Shown one piece after another: positions 1-9,726 of a stretch of 64,000 nucleotides of DNA. The stretch comes from Chloroflexota bacterium. Its GTDB lineage: Bacteria > Chloroflexota > UBA11872 > VXNJ01. The stretch lies in NCBI GenBank assembly GCA_965261345.1, contig OZ253449.1, forward strand, positions 480,001-544,000, in the 5' to 3' direction. The translations under genes were made by a program, and so were the position numbers. Numbering within the stretch: position 1 is the stretch's first letter; the number at the start of each line of letters is the position of its first letter. The notes under the pieces are model-generated. The model made no database searches, was not told where the DNA came from, and saw only the letters and a list, made by a program, of their open reading frames with translations.

Positions 1-1134
1 GGTGATGATTCCGGCTTGGATGGCCGCACCGATCGCCACCACCTCGTCGGGGTTGACCGAGCGGTTTGGTTCTTTGCCGGTCAGTTCAGTGACCAACTTC
101 TGGACGGCCGGCATGCGCGTGGACCCGCCCACCATCACGATTTCGTCAACCTGCTCAGGACTGATCGCGGCATCCCGCAGCGCCTTGTGGAACGGCCCGA
201 TCATGCGCTTGTTGAGGTCGTCGACTAGTTCCTCAAAACGCGAACGCATCAAGGTCACCGCCAGGTGCTTGGGTCCGCTCTGGTCGGCCGTGATAAAAGG
301 CAGGTTGATTTCGGTCTGCGGCGTCGTCGAGAGTTCGATCTTGGCTTTTTCGGCCGCCTCGACCAAGCGTTGCAGAGCCTGCGGGTCAGAGTGCAGGTCG
401 ATCCCCTGGTCGCGCTTGAACTCGGCGACCAGGTATTGGACTATCCGCTGGTCGTAATCATCGCCTCCCAGGTGGGTGTCGCCGTTGGTGGCCTTGACCT
501 CAAATACACCGTCGCCTACCTCAAGCACCGAAACGTCAAAGGTTCCGCCGCCCAGGTCCCATACTAGGATCGTTTCGGCCTCCTTCTTGTCCAGGCCGTA
601 GGCCAGCGATGCGGCGGTGGGTTCGTTGATGATCCGCAGAACATCAAGACCGGCAATGGTTCCGGCGTTTTTGGTGGCCTGGCGCTGGGAATCGTTAAAG
701 TAGGCCGGAGCTGTAATTACCGCCTGCTTTACTTCCTCGCCCAGGTACTCCTCGGCATCGGCCTTGAGCTTTTGCAGGACCATCGCCGAGATCTCTTCCG
801 GGGTCACGTCGCCGTTGAGCTGCGGGATCCGGATCCGCGCCTCGCCGCCTTTACCCTCGACGATCTCAAACGAGACCGCCTTGCGTTCATCTTCGACCTC
901 GTCAAAGCGGCGGCCGACAAAGCGCTTGGCCGAATAAATTGTGTTTGAGGGATTGAGCACACTCTGGCGGCGTGCCAGTTGCCCGACCAAACGTTCGCCG
1001 GATTTGGAATAGGCGACCACCGACGGGGTCGTCCGGGCGCCCTCGACGTTGGTGATTACCGTTGGCTGGCCGGCTTCCATGAACGCGACCACTGAATTGG
1101 TGGTCCCGATGTCAATGCCAACTACTTTGGCCAT
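1..1134 (-). CDS. dnaK: Molecular chaperone DnaK (Hsp70), N-terminal part, runs off the window
   Basis: Absent from the ORF track because it has no stop in the window. Manual translation from ATG 1134 gives [14 protein letters not shown]...TPSVVA...[13 protein letters not shown]...[13 protein letters not shown]...[11 protein letters not shown]...VGGSTRMP...[15 protein letters not shown], all Hsp70 signatures. Confidence 0.98.
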   Translation of the reverse strand, partial: MAKVVGIDIGTTNSVVAFMEAGQPTVITNVEGARTTPSVVAYSKSGERLVGQLARRQSVLNPSNTIYSAKRFVGRRFDEVEDERKAVSFEIVEGKGGEARIRIPQLNGDVTPEEISAMVLQKLKADAEEYLGEEVKQAVITAPAYFNDSQRQATKNAGTIAGLDVLRIINEPTAASLAYGLDKKEAETILVWDLGGGTFDVSVLEVGDGVFEVKATNGDTHLGGDDYDQRIVQYLVAEFKRDQGIDLHSDPQALQRLVEAAEKAKIELSTTPQTEINLPFITADQSGPKHLAVTLMRSRFEELVDDLNKRMIGPFHKALRDAAISPEQVDEIVMVGGSTRMPAVQKLVTELTGKEPNRSVNPDEVVAIGAAIQAGIIT

Positions 1135-1206
1135 TTAGCTATTGCCTTTCTGTTTGCTTCCGACCGGGATGACAGGCGGAAATTTGGTGTGATTTGTCAA
1201 CTTGAG

Positions 1207-3612
1207 TTATTGGGCTGAGGCCGGCCGCAGGGCCGCAACCAAAACCTGATCCATCGATTCAACAAAGGTGATATCCAACTGCCGGCGTACGTCTTCGGGG
1301 ATTTCTCCAAACTCGGCCCGGTTTTCGGATGGAAGGATAACCCGTGAGATTCCATGCCGCTGGGCGGCCAGAACCTTTTCCTTCACGCCGCCGATCGGCA
1401 GCACTCGGCCGCGAATCGTAACCTCGCCGGTCATCGCCAGGTCACCGCGCACCGACTGGCCCAGCAGGGCCGACGCCAGGGCGGTTCCAATGGCGATCCC
1501 GGCTGAGGGGCCGTCTTTGGGGACCGCGCCCTCGGGAACATGCAGATGTACAAAGGAATTTGCAAAAGTATTGGGCTGATATCCCAATTCGCGTGCGTGC
1601 ATTTCGATGTAGGAGAGCGCCGCTTTCGCCGATTCGTTCATCACCGCGCCGAGATTGCCGGTGCAGAGAAACCGGCGCTTGCCGCGCCCCCAGGCGGCTT
1701 CGACCGGGAGCAAGGCGCCACCGTGGCTGGTGACCGCCAATCCGTTGACCACGCCGATCCGATCCCGGTGATTACCCGGGCGATCGATGAATCGGGCCGG
1801 GCCCAGCAAATCGCGCAATTGATCGGGGCCAACCGCCTGGGCCGGCGAGGGATCCTCGCTTTCGGCCAATCGTCGGGCCGTTTTGCGGCATATCGCCGCG
1901 ATTTGCCGTTCCAGCTCCCGTACACCGGCCTCACGCGCGTAGTTGGCGATCAGGGCTTCGATCGTCTGGTCTTGTATCGCTAGCGCCGGATCAGTCTGAT
2001 CCCCGCCCGTCAGGCCATGCTCGGCCAGCTGGCGTGGCACCAGGTGGCGGCGGGCGATCGCCAGTTTTTCGCGAACCGTATATCCCTCCAACCGGATGAT
2101 CTCGAGGCGGTCGCGCAGGGTGGGTGGAATGCCCCATTCGTCATTGGCGGTAAGCAGGAACATTACCTGGGAGAGGTCGTAGCCAATCTCCAGGTAGTGG
2201 TCTGAGAATTCGCGATTGTGCTCGGAGTCGAGCGCCTCGAGCAGGGCCGAGGACGGATCACCGCGGAAGTCGCGCCCTATCTTGTCGACCTCGTCGAGGA
2301 CGAATACCGGATCGGTTACACCGGCCCGGGTCATGCCTTGGATGATCCGTCCCGGCATCGCCCCCACATAGGTGCGGCGGTGACCACGTATTTCAGCCTC
2401 ATCCCGTACTCCGCCCAGTGAAATCCGCACGAACCGGCGGCGCAGAGCCTGGGCGATCGCCCGCCCCATGCTGGTTTTGCCAACTCCGGGCGGTCCAACC
2501 AGGCAAAGAATCGGGCTTTGCGACTGGTCGGTCAGCGAGCGCACCGCAAGGTGCTCCAGCACCCGTTCCTTTACCTTTTCGAGGCCAAAGTGGTGACGGT
2601 CCAGAACCTTGCGGCAATGCTTGAGTCCGACCCGCCGGCGCCGGACCTTTACCGCCGGCCAGGGAAGCTCCAGCAGCGTGTCAATGTAATTGCGAACGAC
2701 GGCAATCTCGGGCGAGGCCGGCGATATCCCCTCCAGCCGCTCGGCTTCGGAAACGGCCCGGGTCCGCACCACTTCGGGCATCTGCGCGTCGTCGATGGCC
2801 TGCAGCAATTCGTCGCGGTCGTCGCCGACCGCCTGCGCGATTCCCAGTTCGCGCTGAATTGTGCGCAGCTGCTCTTTTAGGTAATAGTCGCGCTGGGTCT
2901 CTTCGATTCCCTGTTGAATCTTGGATTGAATCGAGGAACGCACATCCAGCGTCCGGATCCATCCGCCGAGCAGGGCGGTCAGTTCGAATAGGCGATCGTA
3001 GGTGTCTAGGTTTTCCAGCAACAGCTGCTGGCGGACGGGGTCATCAACCAGTCGCGCCGCAGTCAGATCGGCCAGATAGCCGGGGTGGGTGAGCCGACGG
3101 GCCAGCGACACGACCTCGGGCGGCACGCGGTTGCTCTTCTCCGCATATTCGTGGATCTGGGAAGCAAGGGTGCGCCGCAGGGCCTCCAATTCAGGTCCGC
3201 TGCGAACGGTTTCCTCGAGCCGGCTCACAATTGCCAGCTGGCCCTCGCCTTCCGCCGTAAGAGCCAATAACTGCGCACGGTGCTCACCTTTAAAGAGCGC
3301 CGAATATCCACCGGTCGGCACCATGTAGCGGCGCACCAGGTTGCAGACCGTGCCAACCCGGCAATACTCCGGTTGACTGGGCCGTCGACGCTTGGTGGCG
3401 CGGAGCAGCAGTACCCGCCCATCGCCGCTGGCGGCCTGCTCGAGCGCCCAAAGGGCAGATTCCTCAGTTAGCTGCAGCGGCTGCGAAATGCGCGGGAAAG
3501 CCACGCTGTCCACCAGGCTGATGACCGGGTATTCGGCGGTACCCGTCAAACTGTCGCCGGCATTCTCAAAATCCGGTCCAGCGGTCAACCCTATTCTCGT
3601 CCTCACTGGCAT
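1207..3612 (-). CDS. lon: ATP-dependent protease La (Lon)
   Basis: N-terminal LON domain, Walker [25 protein letters not shown], Walker B VLDEVDK, catalytic PKDGPSAG (Ser) and GGVKEK (Lys). Confidence 0.98.
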   Translation of the reverse strand: MPVRTRIGLTAGPDFENAGDSLTGTAEYPVISLVDSVAFPRISQPLQLTEESALWALEQAASGDGRVLLLRATKRRRPSQPEYCRVGTVCNLVRRYMVPTGGYSALFKGEHRAQLLALTAEGEGQLAIVSRLEETVRSGPELEALRRTLASQIHEYAEKSNRVPPEVVSLARRLTHPGYLADLTAARLVDDPVRQQLLLENLDTYDRLFELTALLGGWIRTLDVRSSIQSKIQQGIEETQRDYYLKEQLRTIQRELGIAQAVGDDRDELLQAIDDAQMPEVVRTRAVSEAERLEGISPASPEIAVVRNYIDTLLELPWPAVKVRRRRVGLKHCRKVLDRHHFGLEKVKERVLEHLAVRSLTDQSQSPILCLVGPPGVGKTSMGRAIAQALRRRFVRISLGGVRDEAEIRGHRRTYVGAMPGRIIQGMTRAGVTDPVFVLDEVDKIGRDFRGDPSSALLEALDSEHNREFSDHYLEIGYDLSQVMFLLTANDEWGIPPTLRDRLEIIRLEGYTVREKLAIARRHLVPRQLAEHGLTGGDQTDPALAIQDQTIEALIANYAREAGVRELERQIAAICRKTARRLAESEDPSPAQAVGPDQLRDLLGPARFIDRPGNHRDRIGVVNGLAVTSHGGALLPVEAAWGRGKRRFLCTGNLGAVMNESAKAALSYIEMHARELGYQPNTFANSFVHLHVPEGAVPKDGPSAGIAIGTALASALLGQSVRGDLAMTGEVTIRGRVLPIGGVKEKVLAAQRHGISRVILPSENRAEFGEIPEDVRRQLDITFVESMDQVLVAALRPASAQ

Positions 3613-3629
3613 TTGTTTACAACAAGTGC

Positions 3630-3658
3630 AGTCTAGTAGTTGAGCGTCTCAGTGTCAA
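3630..3658 (-). promoter_or_regulatory. sigma70-type promoter of lon(-dnaK)
   Basis: Minus strand reads TTGACA (3658-3653), 17 nt, TAGACT (3635-3630), just upstream of the lon ATG at 3612. Confidence 0.8.
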
Positions 3659-3659
3659 G
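3639..3659. promoter_or_regulatory. HAIR-like (HspR) operator overlapping the lon promoter
   Basis: GTTGAGC-N7-TGTCAAG against the consensus CTTGAGT-N7-ACTCAAG (5/7 in each half, exact spacing), upstream of heat-shock genes. Confidence 0.6.
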
Positions 3660-3900
3660 TACTTTGATTGCTTGGCAATAATATCCGGTCCCCCGATGCG
3701 GAAATTGGCGCCACCAATCAACTCGTTTTCCCCGGTCGGGGCCAGATGGCGACCGCGGCGGCGCGGGCGGATCAGTTTTCCGGTCGCAGTCGGCCGCCAC
3801 TCCCGTCGGCGGCGCTGCCGGGCCGTGGCGCTGCCAACGATTTCTAGGCGATAATGCTGCGAGCCCCGGATCGGTGGCTCTAATCGTGCCGGTTATCTAG

Positions 3901-3966
3901 TTGCACTACCAACATTTCTATTTCGCGTTTATCGGGCCGGTGGGGCCGGCCGGAATGCGCATGTAG
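3901..3966 (+). CDS. Putative Phe/Tyr-rich attenuator leader peptide (MHYQHFYFAFIGPVGPAGMRM)
   Basis: TTG CAC TAC CAA CAT TTC TAT TTC GCG TTT ... ATG TAG: 3 Phe and 2 Tyr codons among codons 3-10, directly upstream of a terminator and aroF. No strong SD is visible. Confidence 0.65.
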   Translation: MHYQHFYFAFIGPVGPAGMRM

Positions 3967-3989
3967 CAAACCGATCAGTCACACCGGCC

Positions 3990-4016
3990 AGCAGAGGTAA
4001 ATCCTCTGCTTTTTTT
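3990..4016 (+). terminator. Intrinsic terminator (attenuator) upstream of aroF
   Basis: AGCAGAGG-TAAAT-CCTCTGCT perfect 8-bp stem running into a T7 tract, about 50 nt before the aroF start. Confidence 0.85.
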
Positions 4017-4067
4017 CGTATCGACCCCAACTCAACAGACAAACCCTGCACAAAGTGAAAACCATCC

Positions 4068-5108
4068 ATGGTAATAGTTACTAAATCGGGTATCAACGAA
4101 GGCCAGATAATCCGGATCGAGGAGCGGATCCGCGCCGAAGGCCTCGGGGCCCACCGCTCGCCCGGAACCAGCGTGATCGTGATCGGAGTGATCGGTTCCC
4201 CGAGCGAATCCTTCCGCGAACAGATGGCGGTTTTTTCCGGGGTTGATCGGGTGATTCGCATCGGGCGCCCCTACACCTTGGCCGGCCGCGGCGACGGTCG
4301 CGAAGACACAAGTTTCCAGATCGGCAACGCCAAAGTGGGCGGCGCCGAAGGGGTGACCATGATCGCCGGGCCCTGCACGATCGAAACCCGCGAACAACTA
4401 TTTGCGACCGCGGCCGCGGTCAAGGCCGCCGGAGCGACGGTGCTGCGCGGCGGCGCCTACAAACCGCGCACTTCCCCCTACAGCTTCCAGGGACTGGCGT
4501 TGACCGGCCTGGAATACCTGCGCGAGGCATCGGAGGAGTTCAACCTGCCCACCATCACCGAGGTAATGGAGCCCGGCTTGGTCGAGCAGGTTTCGCAATT
4601 TACCGACATCCTTCAAATCGGGGCCCGCAATTCGCAGAACTATCCCCTGCTGCGCCAGGCTGGCCAAAGCGGGATGCCGGTAATGGTCAAGCGCGGCCCG
4701 TCGAGCACGATCGAGGAATGGTTGCTTTCGGCCGAGTACGTGATGGCTTCCGGCAGCCCCCGGGTCATGCTCTGCGAGCGTGGAATACGGACCTTCGAAA
4801 GGGCTACCCGGGCCACCCAGGACATCACCGCGATCGCCATGGCAAAACGCCTCTCGCACCTGCCGGTCATCGTTGACCCGGCGCACGGAACCGGGAAATG
4901 GTACCTGGTCGAAGCGCTGACCTTGGCCGGGGTGGCCGCCGGCGCCGATGGCGCGATGTTGGAAGTTCATCCTGAACCGGACAAGGCGCTCTGCGACGGG
5001 CCGCAGAGCCTGACGTTTGAGAACTTTGAAAACCTGATGCACAAGTTGGCGGTCATGACTGAAGCCTTGGGCCGTCCGCTGCGCCAGGCCGCAACCGCGG
5101 CGGCCTAA
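4068..5108 (+). CDS. aroF: DAHP synthase class I-beta with N-terminal regulatory domain
   Basis: IAGPCTIE, RGGAYKPRTSPYSFQG, QIGARN, KRG, LCERGIRTFE, DPAHGTG, EVHPEP, CDGPQSL. Confidence 0.96.
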   Translation: MVIVTKSGINEGQIIRIEERIRAEGLGAHRSPGTSVIVIGVIGSPSESFREQMAVFSGVDRVIRIGRPYTLAGRGDGREDTSFQIGNAKVGGAEGVTMIAGPCTIETREQLFATAAAVKAAGATVLRGGAYKPRTSPYSFQGLALTGLEYLREASEEFNLPTITEVMEPGLVEQVSQFTDILQIGARNSQNYPLLRQAGQSGMPVMVKRGPSSTIEEWLLSAEYVMASGSPRVMLCERGIRTFERATRATQDITAIAMAKRLSHLPVIVDPAHGTGKWYLVEALTLAGVAAGADGAMLEVHPEPDKALCDGPQSLTFENFENLMHKLAVMTEALGRPLRQAATAAA

Positions 5109-5121
5109 ACGCAAAAAGCCC

Positions 5122-6417
5122 ATGCCAAACGGCCGGCTGGCGATTTCCCGCCCGGGGCGGATCTCCGGCCAGATCGCCGTACCCGGAGACAAATCAATAA
5201 CCCACCGCGCGGTGCTGCTCAATGCGCTCTGCGCCGGCCAGGCGCATATTTCGGGCGCCGGGTTGGGTGCCGATTGCCGCTCGACCATCGACTGCATTCG
5301 CTCGCTTGGCGCCGAAGTCGTAATCGACGGTTCCTCGGTCACGGTTTCCAGTCCCGGTTTTGCCGGCCTGAGCGAGCCGCGACGACCGCTAGATTGCGGC
5401 AACTCGGGCACGACAATACGGCTACTGCTCGGCCTGCTGGCGGGCAGCGGATTTTTCTCGGTCCTGGTCGGCGATTCGTCGCTGTCGGAACGGCCGATGG
5501 GCCGGGTGGCGGCGCCACTGCGCGCGCTCGGCGCACTCATTTACGGTCGCGGGGGTGGCGAACGGGCCCCAATGGTCGTCGATGTGGCCACCTTGACCGG
5601 GGATGAGATTGCGGTCCCGGTGGCCTCGGCCCAAGTCAAAAGCGCGCTGTTGATAGCCGGGCTTTTCGCCCGCGGCCAAACCCGGATCCGGCAGCCGGCC
5701 CAGTCACGTGACCACACCGAGCTCATGCTTGCCCAAATGGGGGTCCAGCTCGAAATTGATGGTCCCGTTGTCGCCATATCCGGCGGGCAGCCGCTGCATT
5801 CGGTGAACGTTTCCGTCCCGGCTGATTTCTCCTCGGCCGCCTATTGGTTAGTTCTCGGCGCAACCCACCAGCAGGCCGAGATCGAGCTGCTCAACATCGG
5901 ACTCAACCCCACCCGCGCCGGGGCGCTGGCGGTGCTCGAGCGGATGGGAGGGCAAATCACGCGCCATCTCCGCCCGGGCACGGGTGAGATCGCCGGGGAT
6001 CTGCATGTCTGTAGTAGCCGGCTTACCGCCACTGCCATTGGCGGAGCCGAGATCCCAATAATCATCGACGAGATTCCGATCCTGGCGGTCGCTGCCACCC
6101 AGGCCAGCGGAACCACCGTCATCTCTGACGCCGCCGAACTGCGAGTCAAGGAATCAGACCGCATCGCCGCCACGGTTGCCAATTTGCGGGCGCTGGGCGC
6201 CACCATCGAGGAAACTCCCGACGGAATGATCATCGAGGGCCCGACCCGGTTATCCGGGGCCCAGCTGGACTCTTACGGCGATCATCGGGTGGCGATGGCC
6301 ATGGCGGTAGCCGCCAGCATTGCCGACGGAGAAAGTCAGTTGAGCGGGGCCGGAGCGGTCGGCGTCTCCTATCCGGATTTCTTCCCCACGCTGGGCAAAG
6401 TCGCCCTCGATTGCTAG
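5122..6417 (+). CDS. aroA: EPSP synthase
   Basis: PGDKSITHR, DCGNSGTTIRL, SAQVKSA, RDHTE, ELRVKESDRI, GDHRVAM. Confidence 0.97.
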   Translation: MPNGRLAISRPGRISGQIAVPGDKSITHRAVLLNALCAGQAHISGAGLGADCRSTIDCIRSLGAEVVIDGSSVTVSSPGFAGLSEPRRPLDCGNSGTTIRLLLGLLAGSGFFSVLVGDSSLSERPMGRVAAPLRALGALIYGRGGGERAPMVVDVATLTGDEIAVPVASAQVKSALLIAGLFARGQTRIRQPAQSRDHTELMLAQMGVQLEIDGPVVAISGGQPLHSVNVSVPADFSSAAYWLVLGATHQQAEIELLNIGLNPTRAGALAVLERMGGQITRHLRPGTGEIAGDLHVCSSRLTATAIGGAEIPIIIDEIPILAVAATQASGTTVISDAAELRVKESDRIAATVANLRALGATIEETPDGMIIEGPTRLSGAQLDSYGDHRVAMAMAVAASIADGESQLSGAGAVGVSYPDFFPTLGKVALDC

Positions 6418-7760
6418 CCCGCTATGCGGTAATCGGTCAGCCTATTGGCCATTCGCTGTCGCCGCCAATGCACCGCGCGGCGCTGTCGGCGGCTGGCATC
6501 AACGCAGATTATGTAAAGCTTGAGGTCGCCCCCGGCGAACTTCCAGGCCGCCTGCAGGAATTGCGCGATGGCCGCTGGGCCGGGTTCAACGTGACGATAC
6601 CGCATAAGTTGGCCGCCCTTCAGCTGGCTGACGATCCCGACCCCCAGGCATTGCGATTGGGGGCGGCCAACACCCTCTGGACCGAACGCGGTCGGATCCG
6701 TGCGGCCAACACCGATTTCCAGGCGATAAACGAGATTCTCGCCGCCAATCAGATCGACCGATCGGCGGCGGTGGCGATTGTCGGGGCCGGCGGGGCGGCC
6801 CGCGCCGCCCTCCTGGCGGTGGTCGAATTCGGTTCGATTTGCCTGCTCAACCGCACGCCCGCAAGGGCCTTGACCCTGGCCGACGAACTGTGCCCAAAGG
6901 CCGTCGCCCTGGACCTTGCCAGTCCGGCGGCGTGGGCGGCGGCGGCCAATGCCGACCTAATAATCAACGCGTCCAGCGTCGGCATGACCGGGGGGCCGGC
7001 GCCTGATCGGTCACCGCTACCGGACAGCTGCTTCCACGCCGGGCAGGTGGTAATGGACATGGTCTACCGCCCGTTACAAACCCGGTTGCTGGCCGACGCC
7101 GGCAACTGTAACGCCCAAGTAATCGATGGGCTGAGTATGTTGGTCGCGCAGGGCGCGGCTAGCTTCTTCATCTGGACCGGCCAGCAACCCGACGTGGCCG
7201 CGATGCGCGCGGCGGTTACCCTCGGCGGACGGCCCGCGAAACGGATCTGGTTGGTCGGTCTATCCGGCGCGGGTAAATCGACGATCGCAAGGCGCCTGGC
7301 CGAAATGCTGGGTTGGCATGCCATCGACAGCGACCAATTGATCCGCCAGCGGCTGGGAATGGACATACCGGAAATAATGGGCAAGTTCGGCGAACCCTAT
7401 TTCCGACACCTCGAACGGGAGCAAGCCTCGCGCGCGTCGAACGCTGATCGGGCCGTAATCGCCACCGGCGGCGGACAGATGCAGATCGACGGAATGCGGG
7501 ACCTGATGTTGGAATCCGGCCTGGTCGTTTACCTGCGCGCCAGCCCGGAAACCTGTGCCCGTCGACTGGCGCCGGTCCTTGCCAGCGAACACCGCCCGAT
7601 GCTGGCCGGCCCCGAGCCACTCACCGAGCAGATCGCGGGATTGCTGGCGGCGCGCAGGAAAATATACGAATCCGCCCACCGCTGGTTGGATGTCGACGAT
7701 GTCGGTCCCGACCAGGCCGCGCTGGCACTAAGGGAGATGCTGCTTGCTCACTCAAGCTGA
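6411..7760 (+). CDS. aroE: Shikimate dehydrogenase - shikimate kinase fusion (AroE-AroK)
   Basis: The N-terminal part has HSLSP, NVTIPHK, GAANT, NTD, GAGGAARA, DMVYRP and GLSMLVAQ. The C-terminal part has the P-loop GLSGAGKST, GEPYFRHLE, IATGGG and RPML. Confidence 0.93.
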   Translation: MLARYAVIGQPIGHSLSPPMHRAALSAAGINADYVKLEVAPGELPGRLQELRDGRWAGFNVTIPHKLAALQLADDPDPQALRLGAANTLWTERGRIRAANTDFQAINEILAANQIDRSAAVAIVGAGGAARAALLAVVEFGSICLLNRTPARALTLADELCPKAVALDLASPAAWAAAANADLIINASSVGMTGGPAPDRSPLPDSCFHAGQVVMDMVYRPLQTRLLADAGNCNAQVIDGLSMLVAQGAASFFIWTGQQPDVAAMRAAVTLGGRPAKRIWLVGLSGAGKSTIARRLAEMLGWHAIDSDQLIRQRLGMDIPEIMGKFGEPYFRHLEREQASRASNADRAVIATGGGQMQIDGMRDLMLESGLVVYLRASPETCARRLAPVLASEHRPMLAGPEPLTEQIAGLLAARRKIYESAHRWLDVDDVGPDQAALALREMLLAHSS

Positions 7761-8835
7761 TGGGATAACTCCCGAATATGTGGCAATCGGCGAAGGCAAC
7801 TTGGACGATCTGGGCAGTGAGCTGGGGCACCGTTCGGTCCCGGTTACCACCGCTTTTCTGATCGGGGACAGAGCCGTTGACGCAATTTACGGCGGGCGCG
7901 CCGCAGCTTCCCTGGAAACGGCTGGTTGGCGGGTCCGGCGGCGGGTGATCGCTGCCGGCGAAGCGAGCAAATCTCTGGCCGTGGCGGCCGATCTGTGGCA
8001 GTGGCTGCTGGCCGAACGGGCCGAGCGCTCCGACCTGCTGGTCGCCCTGGGCGGTGGCGTAATCGGCGATCTGGTCGGGTTTGTGGCTGCAACCTGGACC
8101 CGTGGAGTGGCCTGGGCCCAAGTTGCCACCACTCTATTGGCCCAGGTTGATTCGAGCATTGGCGGAAAGGTGGCAATCGACCTCAGCGGCGGGAAAAACA
8201 TGGTCGGGGCCTTCCACAACCCGGTCCTTTCGCTGCTGGATATTTCCACCCTCCAATCGCTGCCGCAACGCGAGTTGGCGGCCGGTTGGGCGGAGGCGAT
8301 CAAACACGGCCTCATCCGCGACGACGCCTATCTGGCTGAACTGGAGCGCGATCTACGGGATCTACGGGATCCGGCGATGCTCGATCTGGCGGTGCGCAGC
8401 TCGGTCCGAATCAAGACTGAGGTCGTGGTCAACGACCCGTTCGATCGCGGCCTGCGGGCGGTACTCAACTACGGTCACACTGTCGGGCACGCGATCGAGG
8501 CCCTAGGAAATTACCAGCGGCATCGCCATGGCGAGGCGGTGGCGATCGGCATGGCCGCCGCTGGCGCAATATCCGTCCAGGTAACCGGCATCGATCCCGC
8601 GGCGATCGAACGTCAAAGCGCCCTGCTTAGCCGCTGCGGGTTGGGGCTTTCGGCCGATGGGTTCGCCGGGACCGACATCCTTAACGCGCTGCGGACTGAC
8701 AAAAAAACCGCTGGCGGGCAAGCCCGCTGGGTGCTGCTCGAACGCGCCGGCGAGGCTAGTGCTGGACATGTGGTGGATGACGCCATCGTCGCCGCGGCGC
8801 TGACCAAGATCGGCGCCGGCCCGGTTGGCCCATAG
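7744..8835 (+). CDS. aroB: 3-dehydroquinate synthase
   Basis: GGGVIGDLVGF, TTLLAQVDSSIGGKVA, KNMVGAF, LNYGHTVGHAIE, HGEAVAIG, DKK. Confidence 0.97.
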   Translation: MLTQADGITPEYVAIGEGNLDDLGSELGHRSVPVTTAFLIGDRAVDAIYGGRAAASLETAGWRVRRRVIAAGEASKSLAVAADLWQWLLAERAERSDLLVALGGGVIGDLVGFVAATWTRGVAWAQVATTLLAQVDSSIGGKVAIDLSGGKNMVGAFHNPVLSLLDISTLQSLPQRELAAGWAEAIKHGLIRDDAYLAELERDLRDLRDPAMLDLAVRSSVRIKTEVVVNDPFDRGLRAVLNYGHTVGHAIEALGNYQRHRHGEAVAIGMAAAGAISVQVTGIDPAAIERQSALLSRCGLGLSADGFAGTDILNALRTDKKTAGGQARWVLLERAGEASAGHVVDDAIVAAALTKIGAGPVGP

Positions 8836-8901
8836 AATTTTTCCACCCGGTGCCGGCCACCCGGCCGGTGCCCCAACCCAGCCAACATTGGACATGACTC
8901 A

Positions 8902-9726
8902 TTGGAGCAACTAGGCGCGTTCCTGGCCATCGTGATTGCCCTGTTGGGGGCTTTTACGGCCGCTCTCTGGGTGGCCGCGATATTTTGGGCCTTCAATGAC
9001 GTGCGGGCGCGAACCCTCGACATTTACGTCCGGCTTTTCGCCACCCTGTTGGTGGCCCTCCTGGGACCGATTGGGGTTGCCCTCTACCTGATCCTGCGCC
9101 CGGCCGAAACCCTGGACGAAGTGTATGCGCGGGCGCTCGGCGAGGAAGCCCTGCTGCGCGAGTTAAATTCTTCCGCCACCGGTTCCACCCGCGCGACGCC
9201 CACCTCGCCCGGGCCTCTACTGGTGACCTACCGTGGTCACAGCCCCGAGGTCGACCCCGAGGCCTATGTGGCCCCCGGCGCGGTCCTAATCGGCCGCGTC
9301 AAATTGGAACGCGGGGCCAGTGTCTGGTACAACGCGGTCATCCGAGCAGATCACGAACCGATCACGATCGGGGCCGATTCCAACGTCCAGGACGGGGCAG
9401 TATTGCACATTGAGCATGGCCTGCCGGTGGTAATCGGCAAAGGGGTCACGATCGGCCACGGCGCCATCGTGCACAGCGCCATCGTCAAAGACGGGGCCTT
9501 GATAGGGATGGGAGCAACGGTCTTGGACGGGGCCCGTATCGGTGAACGGGCCGTGGTGGGCGCCAACGCCTTGGTCACCCAGAACACCACCTGCCCGCCC
9601 GAAACGCTCATGCTCGGCGTGCCGGCCAAGCCAATGGCGATGGTAAAGGCGGAACAGATCGAATACCTGCGGCGCAATGCCGCCAACTACGTGGCGCTTG
9701 CCCGCGAATATGAGTCCGATCAATAG
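8902..9726 (+). CDS. Two-TM membrane domain fused to a gamma-class carbonic anhydrase family domain
   Basis: Two hydrophobic helices ending YLILRP, an S/T/P linker, then hexapeptide repeats with VIRAD, NVQDGAVLH and TIGHGAIVH (three Zn-ligand His). Confidence 0.85.
   Translation: MEQLGAFLAIVIALLGAFTAALWVAAIFWAFNDVRARTLDIYVRLFATLLVALLGPIGVALYLILRPAETLDEVYARALGEEALLRELNSSATGSTRATPTSPGPLLVTYRGHSPEVDPEAYVAPGAVLIGRVKLERGASVWYNAVIRADHEPITIGADSNVQDGAVLHIEHGLPVVIGKGVTIGHGAIVHSAIVKDGALIGMGATVLDGARIGERAVVGANALVTQNTTCPPETLMLGVPAKPMAMVKAEQIEYLRRNAANYVALAREYESDQ

Noticed and set aside
3854-3900. Mini-ORFs MLRAPDRWL (3854-3883) and VPVI (3886-3900) upstream of the leader, as a Trp sensor
   Set aside because: Only one Trp codon, too far from the antiterminator, and the ATG overlaps a possible -10 element (GATAAT 3850-3855).
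3860-4016. T-box riboswitch upstream of aroF
   Set aside because: I found no GGTGGNACCGCG-type T-box before the terminator and no recognisable stem I; the leader-peptide model fits better.
8350-8371. 9-bp tandem repeat in aroB (RDLRDLRD)
   Set aside because: Short, in frame and in a variable region, with no sign of function.
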